NCBI GenBank assembly: GCA_034521815.1
Contig: JAXHLW010000013.1
Coordinates: 1,408,001-1,472,000 of the forward strand
Source of the DNA: Trueperaceae bacterium
Lineage (GTDB): Bacteria > Deinococcota > Deinococci > Deinococcales > Trueperaceae
DNA: 64,000 bases
Reading direction: 5' to 3'
The first letter of the stretch is position 1, and each line of letters opens with the position of its first letter. This document shows, in pieces, positions 11,976 through 22,927 of this stretch. The notes below the pieces were generated by a model. That model was not told the origin of the DNA and did not search any database. It worked only from the letters and a program-made list of their open reading frames with translations. The position numbers were made by a program, and so were the translations under genes.

Positions 11976-13120
11976 GCCGCTTCGTGCACCTCGAGCTCGT
12001 TGTAGAGGGCGTCGCGCTTCACGGGCACGCGGCCCGCGTCGCGGATCAGCCGCAACAGCTCGGCTTCGGTGATCCCGGTCTCGGTCGAGGCGCCCGAGGC
12101 GTGGGCGATGCGCTCGTCCTTGATGGTGCCGTCGACGTCGCTGACGCCGGCCGACAGGGTGACCTGCACCAGCTCGGGCGTGATCATGATCCAGTAGCCC
12201 TTGACGTGCGGAACGTTGTCCAGCACGATGCGCGCGACCGCCAGGTTGCGCAGGTCGTCGACGCCGGTGGTGAACTCGGTCTTGCCCAGCTCGCGCGCCA
12301 GCTGGTTGTTGTCCGGCTGGAACGCCAGCGGCACGAAGCTCATGAAGCCGGGCGCCTCGTCCTCGAGGGCGCGGATGCGCATCATGTGGTCCAGCCGCTC
12401 CTCCAGCGTCTCGATGTGGCCGTAGAGCATCGTGGCGTTGGTGGGGATGCCCAGCTCGTGCGCGGTGCGGTGCACGTCCAGCCAGCCGTCCGCGTCGACC
12501 TTGGCGCGGGCGATGCGCTGTCGGACGCGCTCGGCGAAGATCTCGGCGCCACCGCCCGGCATGGCCACCAGCCCGGCGTCCTTGAGCTCCTGGAGCACCT
12601 CGCGGTAGGAGACCGGCTGGCGTTGGCCTTCGGGCCTGGCGATGCGGGTGAAGTGGTGGATCTCGGCCGCCGTCCACGCCTTGACCTGGTAGCCCCGCTC
12701 GGTCAGGCCGCGGGTCAGGTCGAGGTAGTAGTCCCAGCCGCGCTTCGGGTGGTGGCCGGAGCTGATGTGGATCTCGGTCAGGTCGGGGTGGGCGTGCTTC
12801 TCGACGTACGCCCAGACGTCGGACAGGTCCATGTCCCAGACGCCCTCTTCGCCCAGCTTGCGCTGGAACCCGCAGAACGTGCATCCGACGTAGCACACGT
12901 TCGTCTGGGAGAGTCGCAGGCTGTGGACGTAGTACGCCTTGTCGCCCACCTTCTCGCGACGGACGTGATCGGCCAGCGCCGCCAAGGCGGGAAGGTCGTG
13001 CGTGCGGAAGAGGGTCATGCCTTCCTCGAACGTCACGCGGCCTCCGGAGAGCACCTTGTCGACGATCGGCTCGAGGGCGGCGTCGCGGATCGGGAAGGCG
13101 TACGGCGCTGCGACGGTCAT
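11972..13120 (-). CDS. mqnE: Aminofutalosine synthase (radical SAM)
   Basis: TNVCYVGCTFCGF CxxxCxxC, MPGGGAEI, TMLYGHIET, HVKGYW; adjacent to mqnA. Confidence 0.88.
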   Translation of the reverse strand: MTVAAPYAFPIRDAALEPIVDKVLSGGRVTFEEGMTLFRTHDLPALAALADHVRREKVGDKAYYVHSLRLSQTNVCYVGCTFCGFQRKLGEEGVWDMDLSDVWAYVEKHAHPDLTEIHISSGHHPKRGWDYYLDLTRGLTERGYQVKAWTAAEIHHFTRIARPEGQRQPVSYREVLQELKDAGLVAMPGGGAEIFAERVRQRIARAKVDADGWLDVHRTAHELGIPTNATMLYGHIETLEERLDHMMRIRALEDEAPGFMSFVPLAFQPDNNQLARELGKTEFTTGVDDLRNLAVARIVLDNVPHVKGYWIMITPELVQVTLSAGVSDVDGTIKDERIAHASGASTETGITEAELLRLIRDAGRVPVKRDALYNELEVHEAA

Positions 13121-13181
13121 CCGATAAGGGTAGCAGCGGGGCGCGGCGCGCACGGTCGTGCGCGCCGCGTTTCCGGGCGGT

Positions 13182-13691
13182 TCAGTCCGAGCCGGCCTCC
13201 GCGTGGCTGAGGAGCCCGTCCTCCTGCGCCAGGATCGCGTCCACGCTGGGCAGGCGCTGCGCAGCGGCGTCGAACGACAGCTCCGCGGGGTCCTTGGCGG
13301 GATAGGCGGCCGGATCGCCGACGACGATGCGTCCCACCATGCCCAGCGACTCGTGCGGCAGGCAGTAGAAGTCGTACACGCCTTCGGCGGTCAGGGTGAT
13401 CTCGAAATCCTCGCCGATGTTCGACGACCACGCCTGGGCGTCCTCGGGGATCCGCTGCGGCTTGCCGTTCTCCTCGGCGTAGGCGACGGTGTTGTGGCTG
13501 CCGTTCTCGATCACGAATCGGACGGTGGTACCCGGCTCGATCGCGACCCCGACGGGATCGAAGTAGAACTGGCCGTCCTGGGTGTTCATCGTGATGGTGA
13601 CGGTCTCGCCCTCCTGGGCGAAGGCGCTGCCGAGAACCAGCATCGCGGCGACGGACAGGGTGGTGACGAGGGTCGTGACGAGGGTGCGCAT
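13182..13691 (-). CDS. Type I blue copper protein (plastocyanin/halocyanin-like cupredoxin)
   Basis: AAAGGAGG RBS, signal peptide, FDP, HN, YCLPHESLGM copper ligands. Confidence 0.88.
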   Translation of the reverse strand: MRTLVTTLVTTLSVAAMLVLGSAFAQEGETVTITMNTQDGQFYFDPVGVAIEPGTTVRFVIENGSHNTVAYAEENGKPQRIPEDAQAWSSNIGEDFEITLTAEGVYDFYCLPHESLGMVGRIVVGDPAAYPAKDPAELSFDAAAQRLPSVDAILAQEDGLLSHAEAGSD

Positions 13692-13854
13692 GCGCACCTC
13701 CTTTCGCACAGGCACTCTGTCACCTCGGCGCGTCCGCTCCCGCTAAATTCGAGACGGAGCGGGGAGGCGGACGGGGTGGTGTGACGGCGGCCGCGGCCGC
13801 GGGGAGTGCGGCGGAGGGGAGTCCGGCGGAGGCGACCTGATGTCGACGGTCCGC

Positions 13855-15264
13855 TCAGATGTGCAGCGAGGCTCCACCGGCGGCCAGCGCCGCCTCCTTG
13901 ACGATCTCGGACAGCGTGGGGTGGGCGTGCACCGTGCGGGCCACGTCTTCGGCGCTGGCGCCGAACGTCATCGCCGTCACCGCCTCGGCGATCAGGTCGC
14001 CGGCATGCGCGCCGATGATGTGCACGCCCAGGAGCCGATCGGTGTCCGCGTGGGCGAGGATCTTGACCTTGCCGCCGGTGCGGTCCATGGCGCGGGCACG
14101 GCCGTTGGCCTGGTAGGGGAACACCCCCTTGACGTAGGGGACGCCCTCCTCCTTCAGCGCCTCCTCGGTCTTGCCGACGGTCGCGATCTCGGGCTCGGTG
14201 TAGACGATCCCCGGAACCAGCCCGTAGTCGACGTGACCGGCGCCGGTGACGATCCTCTCGACCGCGGCGACGCCGTCCTCCTCGGCCTTGTGGGCCAGCA
14301 TCGGACCGGCGATCACGTCGCCGATGGCGTAGAACCCTTTCGCGGTGGTCCGGAACGCCTCGTCGACCTTGATTCTCCCCCGCTCGTCGAGCTCGACGCC
14401 GACGTCGTCCAGACCCAGGTCGGCCGTGTTGGGCGTGCGCCCGACGGCCAGCAGCACACGGTCGGCCTCGACCGGCTCCTCGCCTTCGACTTGGATCACG
14501 GCGCGCTTCTTCTTGCCGCGACCTTTCACCTGGACGCCGGTGACCTTCGAACCGAGCCTGAAGGTCATGCCTTGCTTGGCGAAGGTCTTCTGCGCCTCCT
14601 TGGCGATCTCGGCGTCCATCCCGGGCAGCACCCGGTCCAGGTACTCGAGCACCGTCACCTCGGCGCCCAGACGCTGCCAGACCGAGCCGAGCTCGAGGCC
14701 GATGTAGCCGGCACCGATCACGACCAGATGGCCGGGGACCTGGTCGAACGCCAGCGCTCCAGTGGAGTCGACGACGACCTCGCCGTCGATCTCGACGCCG
14801 GGCAGCGTCGCGACCTTCGACCCCGTCGCGATCAGCACGTGCTCGGCCGCGAGCTCCTGGGCGTCGTCGTCACCGCCCTCCTGACCGTGCACGACCACCG
14901 TGCCGGGGCCGGTGATCCGGGCCGTACCGGCATAGCGGGTCACGCCGTTCTTCTTCATCAGGAACGCCACGCCGTCGGTGTTGGCCTTCACGACCGCGTC
15001 CTTGCGTTCCATCATCGCGGCCAGGTCGAGACCCACCTCGCCCAGCTGGATGCCGTGCACGTCCAGCCCGTGCTTCGCTTCGGCATAGCGCTCGCTGGAC
15101 TCCAGCAGCGCCTTGCTGGGGATGCAGCCCACCCGGACGCAGGTACCGCCCAGCGCCGCTTCCTTCTCGACGATGCCGACGTTCAGCCCCAGCTGCGCGG
15201 CGCGAATCGCGGCCACGTAGCCGCCGGGTCCGGCACCGATGACGATCAGATCGTGTTCGGGCAT
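13855..15264 (-). CDS. lpdA: Dihydrolipoyl dehydrogenase (E3)
   Basis: GAGPGG, GGTCVRVGCIPSK, GAGYIG, HAHPTLSE. Confidence 0.95.
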   Translation of the reverse strand: MPEHDLIVIGAGPGGYVAAIRAAQLGLNVGIVEKEAALGGTCVRVGCIPSKALLESSERYAEAKHGLDVHGIQLGEVGLDLAAMMERKDAVVKANTDGVAFLMKKNGVTRYAGTARITGPGTVVVHGQEGGDDDAQELAAEHVLIATGSKVATLPGVEIDGEVVVDSTGALAFDQVPGHLVVIGAGYIGLELGSVWQRLGAEVTVLEYLDRVLPGMDAEIAKEAQKTFAKQGMTFRLGSKVTGVQVKGRGKKKRAVIQVEGEEPVEADRVLLAVGRTPNTADLGLDDVGVELDERGRIKVDEAFRTTAKGFYAIGDVIAGPMLAHKAEEDGVAAVERIVTGAGHVDYGLVPGIVYTEPEIATVGKTEEALKEEGVPYVKGVFPYQANGRARAMDRTGGKVKILAHADTDRLLGVHIIGAHAGDLIAEAVTAMTFGASAEDVARTVHAHPTLSEIVKEAALAAGGASLHI

Positions 15265-15429
15265 GAAATCCCTCCGCGAAGAAGCATACCGTCGCGGTCC
15301 AGCGAGCCGCCGCTGCCGACGCCGTCCCGCGCCATGGAGGATCGTCGACGACCTGGCGGGCCCCATCCACGTCGCTCCCTCGACGCAGTGTGCGCTCTCG
15401 TGCCATTATCGATATGGAGGTGTACCGTG

Positions 15430-16494
15430 ATGGATCCTCATAAAGCTTCGGCTAGAGCCATAGTATTCGGCCTACTCATCGCCCTTGTGGCCTGCTCGGG
15501 TCCGGGCGACACGTCTCAGCCGATCACGTCGGACGAGGCGGTACGCACCATGGACGCGTTGGTCACCGACGTCGAGAGCGCGCTCACCGGGCTCGAGAGC
15601 GATCCGGACCTGGCCGCCGTGGCCGGCTTCTTCGAGGGGACCACCACCGTCACCCCGGCCGGCGGCTTGTCGCCCGCCCAGCTCGCAGAGCCGTTCGAGC
15701 TTCCGCGTGGCGTTCTGGCGTGGTCGCCCGACACCGGGTACGCGCCGGACGAGGGAGCCACGCCGCCGGCGCCGTACGACTACCAAGTGATCGGGAACCC
15801 GAGCGACGCCGAGGCCGAGCTACGCATCGACTGGGACGCGGGCGACCCGCCCGCGACTCTCGCCTTCGCAGGCAGCACGATCGAGCTGCCGACCGACGCG
15901 TCGGCCGTCGCCGTGGTGGGAGGCGAGACGGTCGTCGAGGCGACCCTCACCGCCAGCTGGGAGCTGGTCGAGGAGACCCGTTGCGGCGCCACCGCCTCGT
16001 CGCTGACGGCGACCAGCCTCGTGCTCGAGGTGATGGCCGGATCGCGCACGTTCACGGCGACCCTGACGACGACGCCGGACTCGACCTCGCTGTCGCTGGA
16101 TCTCGCGCTCGGCGGTGTCGGAGCCGATCTCGGGTTCACGTTCGACGAGCAGATCCGCATTCTTGCCGAGCCGTGCGCGACCGGGCTTCCCCTGGGCGGC
16201 GCGATCGGCACGCCTTCGAGCGCCGGGCTGGACCTCGGCGTGACCTCGCCCGACCACAGCGCGGCGGTCTCCGCGGCGTTCGCCGACATCGTCTGGAACA
16301 CGGCGGTCGATCCGGTCACCCTCGCTGCGTTCGACGTGTCCGGCAGCCTCACGATCGACGGCTCGGAAGCCGGCACGCTGGAGGGCAGCTTCGACGACGC
16401 TGCGAGCCCACCCTTCGATGGAAGCGTGACCTTCGACGACGAGACGAGGACGTTCGACGAGATCGTCGACGAGCTTTCCGGCACCCAACCCTGA
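15430..16494 (+). CDS. Hypothetical lipoprotein
   Basis: GGAGG RBS; lipobox LVAC; acidic Thr/Ser-rich beta-strand body. Confidence 0.8.
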   Translation: MDPHKASARAIVFGLLIALVACSGPGDTSQPITSDEAVRTMDALVTDVESALTGLESDPDLAAVAGFFEGTTTVTPAGGLSPAQLAEPFELPRGVLAWSPDTGYAPDEGATPPAPYDYQVIGNPSDAEAELRIDWDAGDPPATLAFAGSTIELPTDASAVAVVGGETVVEATLTASWELVEETRCGATASSLTATSLVLEVMAGSRTFTATLTTTPDSTSLSLDLALGGVGADLGFTFDEQIRILAEPCATGLPLGGAIGTPSSAGLDLGVTSPDHSAAVSAAFADIVWNTAVDPVTLAAFDVSGSLTIDGSEAGTLEGSFDDAASPPFDGSVTFDDETRTFDEIVDELSGTQP

Positions 16495-16515
16495 CGCTTC
16501 GGCCGTCCCGATGAA

Positions 16516-16548
16516 ACGAGCCCCGGACCGCGCGGTCCGGGGGCTCGT
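16516..16548. terminator. Strong hairpin between convergent genes (lipoprotein and sucB)
   Basis: ACGAGCCCCGGACCG-cg-CGGTCCGGGGGCTCGT near-perfect inverted repeat, followed by TTT on the minus strand. Confidence 0.8.
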
Positions 16549-16582
16549 GCGACGAGGCGTCGACGCGGCGTCGGCGAGTTGG

Positions 16583-17890
16583 CTACACCTCGATCAGCAT
16601 GCGCGCAGGCCGCTCGACGGCGTCCTTGATGCGCTTCAGGAAGGTGACCGCCTCGCGGCCGTCGACGATGCGGTGGTCGTAGGTGAGGGCGAGGTACATC
16701 ATCGGCCGGATCACGACCTGGCCGTCGATCGCCACGGGTCGCTGCTGGATGGTGTGCATCCCCAGCACGCCCGACTGCGGCGGGTTCACGATCGGGGTCG
16801 AGAGCAGGCTGCCGAACACGCCGCCGTTGCTGATGGTGAAGGTGCCGCCCTGCAGCTCGTCGGGCGTCAGCTTGTTCTGCTGGGCGCGCGCGCCGAAGTC
16901 GGCGATGGCCGCCTCGAGCTCGGCGAAGCTCATGGTCTCGGCGTCGCGCACGACCGGCGTGACCAGGCCCTTCTTCGTCGACACCGCGACCGCGACGTCG
17001 TAGTAGTCCTTGTACACGATGCGGTCGTCACGAATCTCGGCGTTGAGCTGCGGGATCGTCTTGAGCGCGTCGATGGCGGCCTTGACGAAGAAGCTCATGA
17101 ACCCCAGGCGGACGCCGTAACGCTTCTCGAACGCGTCCTTGTACTCCGAGCGCAGCGCCATGACCTCGCTCATGTCGACCTCGTTGAAGGTGGTCAGCAG
17201 CGCGGCGGTCTGCTGCGCCTCGACCAGGCGCCGCGCGATCGTGCGCCGCAGCGGGCTCATCGCGACCGATTCCTCGCGACGGTCCGCGGCGGTCCCCGCC
17301 TGCGCCTGCGCCTGCGTGGAGGACCCGGCCTCGGCGCCGCCCTCCTTGCCCGCCGTGCCTCCAGCGTCCAGGTGACGCTGAACGTCCTCCTTGAGGAGGC
17401 GCCCGCCGGGGCCCGTGGCGCGCACCGCGGCGGCGGACAAGCCGTGCTCGTCCAGCAGCCTGCGGGCGGCCGGCATGACGGCACTGGGCTCGTCGCCGGA
17501 GGGCTCGTCGCCGGAGGGCGCCTCGGCAGCGGGCTCTCCACCGGCGGGCTTCGCCGGCTTCGGAGCGTCCCCGGGCTTCGCGTCTTCCGCGGGCTCGTCC
17601 GCGTCGGACGGCGCGTCGGCCCCTTCGGTCGCCTCGGCATCGTCGCCCGACGCAGCGCCCGCCTCGATGCGGGCGATGACCTCGCCCACCTCGGCGCTGT
17701 CGCCCTCGGACTTGAGGACCTCCTTCAGCACCCCGGCCTCGGACGCGGGAACCTCGAGCGTGGCCTTGTCGGTCTCGACCTCGACCAGCGGCTCGTCCTT
17801 CTCGACCCGGTCGCCGGGCTGCTTGAGCCAGGCTCCGATGAACACCTCGTTGATCGACTCGCCCACGGAGGGCACCTTGACGTCCGTCAT
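16583..17890 (-). CDS. sucB: 2-oxoglutarate dehydrogenase E2
   Basis: Lipoyl ETDKA, peripheral subunit-binding domain, [15 protein letters not shown]. Confidence 0.95.
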   Translation of the reverse strand: MTDVKVPSVGESINEVFIGAWLKQPGDRVEKDEPLVEVETDKATLEVPASEAGVLKEVLKSEGDSAEVGEVIARIEAGAASGDDAEATEGADAPSDADEPAEDAKPGDAPKPAKPAGGEPAAEAPSGDEPSGDEPSAVMPAARRLLDEHGLSAAAVRATGPGGRLLKEDVQRHLDAGGTAGKEGGAEAGSSTQAQAQAGTAADRREESVAMSPLRRTIARRLVEAQQTAALLTTFNEVDMSEVMALRSEYKDAFEKRYGVRLGFMSFFVKAAIDALKTIPQLNAEIRDDRIVYKDYYDVAVAVSTKKGLVTPVVRDAETMSFAELEAAIADFGARAQQNKLTPDELQGGTFTISNGGVFGSLLSTPIVNPPQSGVLGMHTIQQRPVAIDGQVVIRPMMYLALTYDHRIVDGREAVTFLKRIKDAVERPARMLIEV

Positions 17891-17939
17891 CGAATCTCCT
17901 CGTTTCGGGCGAGCGTCGGCGCGCCGCCGGATCGCGTCG

Positions 17940-20723
17940 TCACGACGCGCCTTCGAACGCGTCCTGCAGGAGCTCTTCCTGCTCGAGCTTGTGGGCGCTG
18001 CCCGAGCCGGTGGCCGGACTGGCCGACGCTGGGCGGGTCACGCCGTGGAAGCGGCGACCGAACGCCTCGCTTCCCCAGGGGGCGCGCAGGAAGCGCCAGG
18101 CGCCCATGTTCTCCGGCTCCTCCTGGACCCAGATCAGCGGCGCCTCCGCCGGGTAGAGCGCCAACGCCTCCTGGAGCTGCGCCTCGGGAAGCGGGTAGAG
18201 CTGCTCCATGCGCACGATGGCGACGTCGTCGCGCTCGCGTTTCTCGCGCTCTGCGACCAGGTCGTAGTACACCTTGCCGCTGCACGCCAGGATGCGGGTC
18301 ACGCCGTCGGGCGCCACGTCGGCGTCCGGCAGCACGCGCCGGAAGCGACCGCCGGTGAACTGGTCCAGCGGAGAGACCGCCCGCGGCGCGCGAAGCAGGC
18401 TCTTCGGGGTCATCACGATCAGCGGCTTGCGCCAGGGACGCAGGACCTGACGCCTGAGCAGGTGGAACATCTGTGCGGGGGTCGTCGGGTAGGCCACCTG
18501 CATGTTGTCCTCGGCGCACAGCTGCAGGAACCGCTCCAGTCTCGCGGAGGAGTGCTCGGGGCCTTGGCCCTCGAACCCGTGGGGAAGAAGCATCGTGAGG
18601 CCGGAGAGCCTGCGCCACTTGTCCTCGGCGCTGGCGATGAACTGGTCGATGATCACCTGCGCCGCGTTCACGAAGTCGCCGAACTGCGCCTCCCACGCCA
18701 CCAGACCCTCGGGCATGTCCATGCTGTAGCCGTACTCGAACCCCAGCACGCCGGCCTCGGACAGCGGACTGTTGTGGATCTCGACCGGCGCCTGCCCCTC
18801 GGACAGGTGGGCCAGGGGCATCCAGGCCGCATCGCTGGTCGGATCGTGCAGCACCGCGTGGCGATGCGAGAAGGTGCCGCGCTCGCTGTCCTGACCGGTC
18901 AGCCGGACGCGCGCTCCCCCGTCGGCCAGCGACGCCAGGGCCAGCGCCTCGCCCGCGGCCCAATCCAGCGGCTTCTCGCCCGCCGCCATCTCGTGGCGCG
19001 CGCTCAGCCCGCGCGCGATCTTCGAGTTCACCGTGAACCCGTCCGGCACCGCGGTGGTGCGCTCGAGCAGCCGCGCGACGTCCGCCGCGGCCAGGCCGGT
19101 GTCGACATCGTCGACGTCCGCGTCCGGACCGCCCGCGAACGGAGCCCAGATCCCTTCGCCCGCCGAGTAGTGCGGCTTGAACTCGTCGCTCCTTGCGGCC
19201 GAGAGCTCCTGCTCCAGCTGCTCGCGGCGCGCCTCGACGATCTCGGACGCCTCGTCGCGGCTCACCTCTCCCAGGGTCAGCAGCCGCTCCATGTAGCTTT
19301 CGCGCACGGTCGGGCGCTTGCGGATCACGTCGTACATGCGGGGCTGCGTGAACCCCGGCTCGTCGCCCTCGTTGTGGCCGTGACGGCGGTAGCAGTACAT
19401 GTCGATCACCACGTCGCGCTGGAAACGCTCGCGGAAGTCCATCGCCAGCTCGATCACCTGCGCGACCGCTTCGGGATCCTCGCCGTTCACGTGGAGGATC
19501 GGGGCCTGCAGCATCTTCGCGATGTCGCTGGCGTAGGTGGTGCTGCGGCTCTGCTCCGGACCGGTCGTGAAGCCGAGCTGGTTGTTCACGATCACGTGCA
19601 GCGCGCCGCCGACCTCGTAGCCCGGCAGCTCGGACAGGTTCAGCGTCTCCTGCACGACCCCCTCGCCGATGAACGCGGCGTCGCCGTGGATGAGGATCGG
19701 CATGACGCGCACCCGCCGGGCGTCACCGGCGCGGTCCTGCTTGGCACGGACGCGGCCCAGCACCACCGGATTGACGTACTCGAGGTGACTGGGGTTGAAC
19801 GCCAGACTCAGGTGGACGCTAGCGCCGTCCTGGGTCGTCCAGTCGCTGGAGTAGCCGAGGTGGTACTTCACGTCGCCGCGGCCGCGGTTCATCTCGGGGT
19901 CGACGTCGTCGAACTCGCGGAAGATCGTGCGCGGGCTCTTGCCCAGGATGTTCGCCAGCACGTTCAGGCGACCCCGGTGCGCCATGCCCAGCACGATCTC
20001 CCGGACGCCTTGCCGGCCGGCCTTCTCGATGGCGAGGTCGAGGAGCGGGATGAGGCTCTCGCCGCCCTCCAGGCTGAAGCTCTTCGCCCCGATGTACTTC
20101 TTCTGGATGAAGTCCTCGAAGATCACCGCGTCGGTCAGCTTGGTGAGGATCCGGAGCTGCGTGTCGCGGGACAGGACCCGCCGGTTCCGCGCGCGCTCCA
20201 TGCGCTCCTGCAGCCACACCCGCACGCCCAGGTCGTCGATGTGCATGAACTGCGCGCCGATGGCGCGGGTGTACGTCTCGCGCAGGCCCTCGATCAGCTC
20301 GCCCAGCGTCTCTGCCCCCTCGACGCTGGTGGCCAGCACCGGGGAGGCCATGTCGCTCTCGTCGAACCCGTAGTGGGCGGGGTCCAGCTCGGGGATCTCG
20401 GCACCGTCGCGCCCCAGCGGGTTCACGTCCGCGACCCGGTGGCCGCGCACCCGGTAGTTGCGCGTCAGCTTGTCGGCACGGTGCTGCACCCCACCGTCCT
20501 GAACGGTCCCGTGAGACGACCCGCCACGGAACACGCTGCGCGGCAGGAACGAGGGACCCATCGACTCTCGGCCCGACATCTCCGTGGCCGGGACGTCGTC
20601 GAAGTACCGCCGCCAGGCGTCGGGCACGGCGCCGGGGTCGCGAAGGTAGACGAGGTACATCTCCTCGGCGAACGCCAGACTGGAGCTGTTCAAGAGGGTA
20701 TCGGACTCTTCGGGTGGTCGCAT
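17940..20723 (-). CDS. sucA: 2-oxoglutarate dehydrogenase E1
   Basis: [37 protein letters not shown]. Confidence 0.96.
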   Translation of the reverse strand: MRPPEESDTLLNSSSLAFAEEMYLVYLRDPGAVPDAWRRYFDDVPATEMSGRESMGPSFLPRSVFRGGSSHGTVQDGGVQHRADKLTRNYRVRGHRVADVNPLGRDGAEIPELDPAHYGFDESDMASPVLATSVEGAETLGELIEGLRETYTRAIGAQFMHIDDLGVRVWLQERMERARNRRVLSRDTQLRILTKLTDAVIFEDFIQKKYIGAKSFSLEGGESLIPLLDLAIEKAGRQGVREIVLGMAHRGRLNVLANILGKSPRTIFREFDDVDPEMNRGRGDVKYHLGYSSDWTTQDGASVHLSLAFNPSHLEYVNPVVLGRVRAKQDRAGDARRVRVMPILIHGDAAFIGEGVVQETLNLSELPGYEVGGALHVIVNNQLGFTTGPEQSRSTTYASDIAKMLQAPILHVNGEDPEAVAQVIELAMDFRERFQRDVVIDMYCYRRHGHNEGDEPGFTQPRMYDVIRKRPTVRESYMERLLTLGEVSRDEASEIVEARREQLEQELSAARSDEFKPHYSAGEGIWAPFAGGPDADVDDVDTGLAAADVARLLERTTAVPDGFTVNSKIARGLSARHEMAAGEKPLDWAAGEALALASLADGGARVRLTGQDSERGTFSHRHAVLHDPTSDAAWMPLAHLSEGQAPVEIHNSPLSEAGVLGFEYGYSMDMPEGLVAWEAQFGDFVNAAQVIIDQFIASAEDKWRRLSGLTMLLPHGFEGQGPEHSSARLERFLQLCAEDNMQVAYPTTPAQMFHLLRRQVLRPWRKPLIVMTPKSLLRAPRAVSPLDQFTGGRFRRVLPDADVAPDGVTRILACSGKVYYDLVAEREKRERDDVAIVRMEQLYPLPEAQLQEALALYPAEAPLIWVQEEPENMGAWRFLRAPWGSEAFGRRFHGVTRPASASPATGSGSAHKLEQEELLQDAFEGAS

Positions 20724-20994
20724 CGGTACCGCCTACCTCGGGGATCGCGTCGCGCCGGACGGTGGGCTCGCGTCGGGGACTCGCGTCGGCTCGCGTGATC
20801 GTAGCAACCGGGTCGCCATCGACCAGGGTCTGCATCACCGTGTCGACCGCGCCTCACGGCGCGCACGCCGTCGGACGTTGTACCACGGCCGATGCCAGCC
20901 GCCTGGCGGCTGGGTGACCAGGCGTACGGAGCGCTCCATATCGTGGGGGACGCGATCGTGACGCGCACGCGAGGCGCTGCGGTACGGTGCGTGC

Positions 20995-21945
20995 ATGGCC
21001 GACGTACTGACCCTGGGCGAGCTCCTCATCGATTTCGTGCCCGACCGGACCGGCGTGACGCTGGGTCAGGCGGAGCGGTTCCTGAAGGCGGCGGGCGGCG
21101 CACCGGCCAACGTGGCGGTCGGCGTGCGCCGGCTGGGGCTGGACGTCGGCTTCATCGGCAAGGTCGGCGACGATCCGTTCGGGCACTGGCTGGCGTCGGT
21201 CCTGGACGACGCCGGCGTGGACGTGTCGCAGCTCCGTTTCGACGACGCCGCGCGAACGGCGTTGGCGTTCGTGTCGCTCACCGAGGAGGGCGACCGGGAT
21301 TTCATGTTCTACCGCCACCCCTCGGCCGATCAGCTGCACCGACCGGACGAGATCGACCTGCAGGCGGTCGCGGAGGCGGCGATCCTGCACTTCGGCAGCA
21401 TCAGCCTGATCCAGGAGCCGTCGAAGAGCGCGACCTTGGCGGCGGTCGACGCGGCGCGCGGGGCGGGCCGCCTGGTCAGCTACGACCCGAACCTGCGGCT
21501 TCCGTTGTGGGAGAGCGCGGACGCGGCCCGCGAAGGGATGCTGGCTCCTTGGGAGCTGGCGCACGTGATCAAGATCAGCGAGGAGGAGCTGTCGTTCCTG
21601 ACCGGCTCCAGCGATCTGGACGCCGCCTGGTCGCTGATGCACGACGAGCTTCGGCTGCTGACCGTGACGCAGGGCCGGGCCGGCGTGGCGTGGTTCGCCG
21701 GCGATCGCTCGGGACGTGTCGACGGCTTCTCGGTCAAGCCCGTCGACACCACCGGGGCGGGCGACGCGTTCGTCGCCTCGCTCCTGACGTCGCTGACGCG
21801 CGAGCCCGACCTGACGTCGGACGAAGGGGCGCTGGCGACCGCGCTGCGGCGAGCCAACGCCTACGCGGCGCTCACCACGACGCGGCCGGGCGCGATCCCG
21901 GCGCTGCCCAGCGCGGCCGAGCTGGATCGGTTCCTCGAGGGGTGA
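20995..21945 (+). CDS. PfkB family carbohydrate kinase (fructokinase-like)
   Basis: GGAPANVA, YDPNLR, DTTGAGDAF. Confidence 0.92.
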   Translation: MADVLTLGELLIDFVPDRTGVTLGQAERFLKAAGGAPANVAVGVRRLGLDVGFIGKVGDDPFGHWLASVLDDAGVDVSQLRFDDAARTALAFVSLTEEGDRDFMFYRHPSADQLHRPDEIDLQAVAEAAILHFGSISLIQEPSKSATLAAVDAARGAGRLVSYDPNLRLPLWESADAAREGMLAPWELAHVIKISEEELSFLTGSSDLDAAWSLMHDELRLLTVTQGRAGVAWFAGDRSGRVDGFSVKPVDTTGAGDAFVASLLTSLTREPDLTSDEGALATALRRANAYAALTTTRPGAIPALPSAAELDRFLEG

Positions 21946-22014
21946 GGCCGTCGAGCCGGGCGGCCGACACGAGCGGCGGTTTGCTCGACGCGCCCCGCGA
22001 CGTCGACCTCGCGC

Positions 22015-22064
22015 GCCAAGACGGTGCGAGCCAAGCCGGTGCCAGCCAAGCCGGTGCCAGCCAA
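22015..22064. repeat. 15-bp tandem repeat, about 3.3 copies (GCCAAGCCGGTGCCA)
   Basis: Seen directly in the sequence. Confidence 0.85.
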
Positions 22065-22110
22065 AAAAGATCGCTCGCCGTGGCGAGCGCGACCGCTTTT
22101 GCTTTGATAC
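22063..22110 (-). ncRNA. Candidate ~50-nt small RNA
   Basis: Downstream of a consensus promoter; ends in hairpin CGCTCGC-cacg-GCGAGCG followed by ATCTTTTTT. Confidence 0.45.
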
Positions 22111-22115
22111 TTCAT

Positions 22116-22144
22116 AGGATACGACGATATGCGGGATTCGTCAA
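22116..22144 (-). promoter_or_regulatory. Sigma70-type promoter TTGACG-N17-TATCCT
   Basis: -35 at 22139-22144, -10 at 22116-22121, in an AT-richer patch. Confidence 0.65.
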
Positions 22145-22265
22145 CCCCTTGCACGCGACCGCCCGTCCGAGGGGCCCAACCAGGGAGCTCGCGCCGTTCG
22201 AACGGGCTGTTCGGGGCGTTCGAGCGACCGTTTTCGGGGGCTCTCGTCAGGGGCGCTGGTAGGAC

Positions 22266-22895
22266 GTGGGCGACGTGACCTGGATCGAGGCCCTGGCGTG
22301 GGCGGGCACGCTGACGTTCGCCGCGGCCGGCGCGCTGACCGCGATCGAGAAGCGGTTCGACCTCGTCGGCGTGCTGGTGCTGGCGTCGGTCACGGCGGTC
22401 GGCGGGGGCGCGATCCGCGACGTGCTGGTCGGGCGCCTCCCGCCCGACACGTTCCGGAACGAGCCGCTGCTCTGGGCGGTCGCCGTCACCGCCCTCGCGA
22501 CGTTCGCGCTGCACGGCCGGGTGCGCTCGCGCCCGCGCCTGCTGTACCTGCTGGACGCCGTGGGCCTGGCGATCTTCGCCGCCCTCGGCGCGTCGACCGG
22601 GCTGAACGCGGGGCTGGGCCCGTGGGGCACCGTGTTCGCGGGCGCCGTCTCGGGCGTCGGGGGCGGCGTGCTTCGCGACGTGCTCAGCGGGCGCGTGCCC
22701 GGGATCCTCGACCGCAGCGGCGACTTCTACGCCTCGGCGGCGGCGGTGGGCGCCGCAGCGGTGTGGTTCGCGGCGTCGTTCACCCCGATGGCGCCGTCCG
22801 GCACGGTGACCGTCGGCGCACTGGTCACGCTGGCGGTGCGCTTCGGCAGCCGGGTGCTGGGGCTTTCGCTTCCGGTTCCCCGTGAGCCGACCTGA
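22266..22895 (+). CDS. UPF0126/TRIC (YadS-like) membrane protein
   Basis: Duplicated TAVGGGAIRD / SGVGGGVLRD motifs, LDAVGL. Confidence 0.88.
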   Translation: MGDVTWIEALAWAGTLTFAAAGALTAIEKRFDLVGVLVLASVTAVGGGAIRDVLVGRLPPDTFRNEPLLWAVAVTALATFALHGRVRSRPRLLYLLDAVGLAIFAALGASTGLNAGLGPWGTVFAGAVSGVGGGVLRDVLSGRVPGILDRSGDFYASAAAVGAAAVWFAASFTPMAPSGTVTVGALVTLAVRFGSRVLGLSLPVPREPT

Positions 22896-22927
22896 CCGCC
22901 ATCGAGCCGGCGCACGGCCGCCATCCG

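Noticed and set aside
13730-13775. Hairpin upstream of the cupredoxin gene as a riboswitch
   Set aside because: Only a short GC stem with no recognisable aptamer; could simply terminate lpdA
3765-16494. Apparent fusions or long N-extensions (855-aa HslU, 598-aa MqnA, 884-aa lipoprotein)
   Set aside because: Upstream parts are stop-free shadow frames; the real starts have an RBS or ATGA coupling
8309-20798. Very long antisense ORFs (e.g. 8309-11374, 16511-18358, 17391-20798)
   Set aside because: Shadow ORFs of real opposite-strand genes in high-GC DNA; Arg/Ala/Gly-rich with no motifs
22015-22064. Possible CRISPR array
   Set aside because: 15-bp units with no spacers and no cas genes
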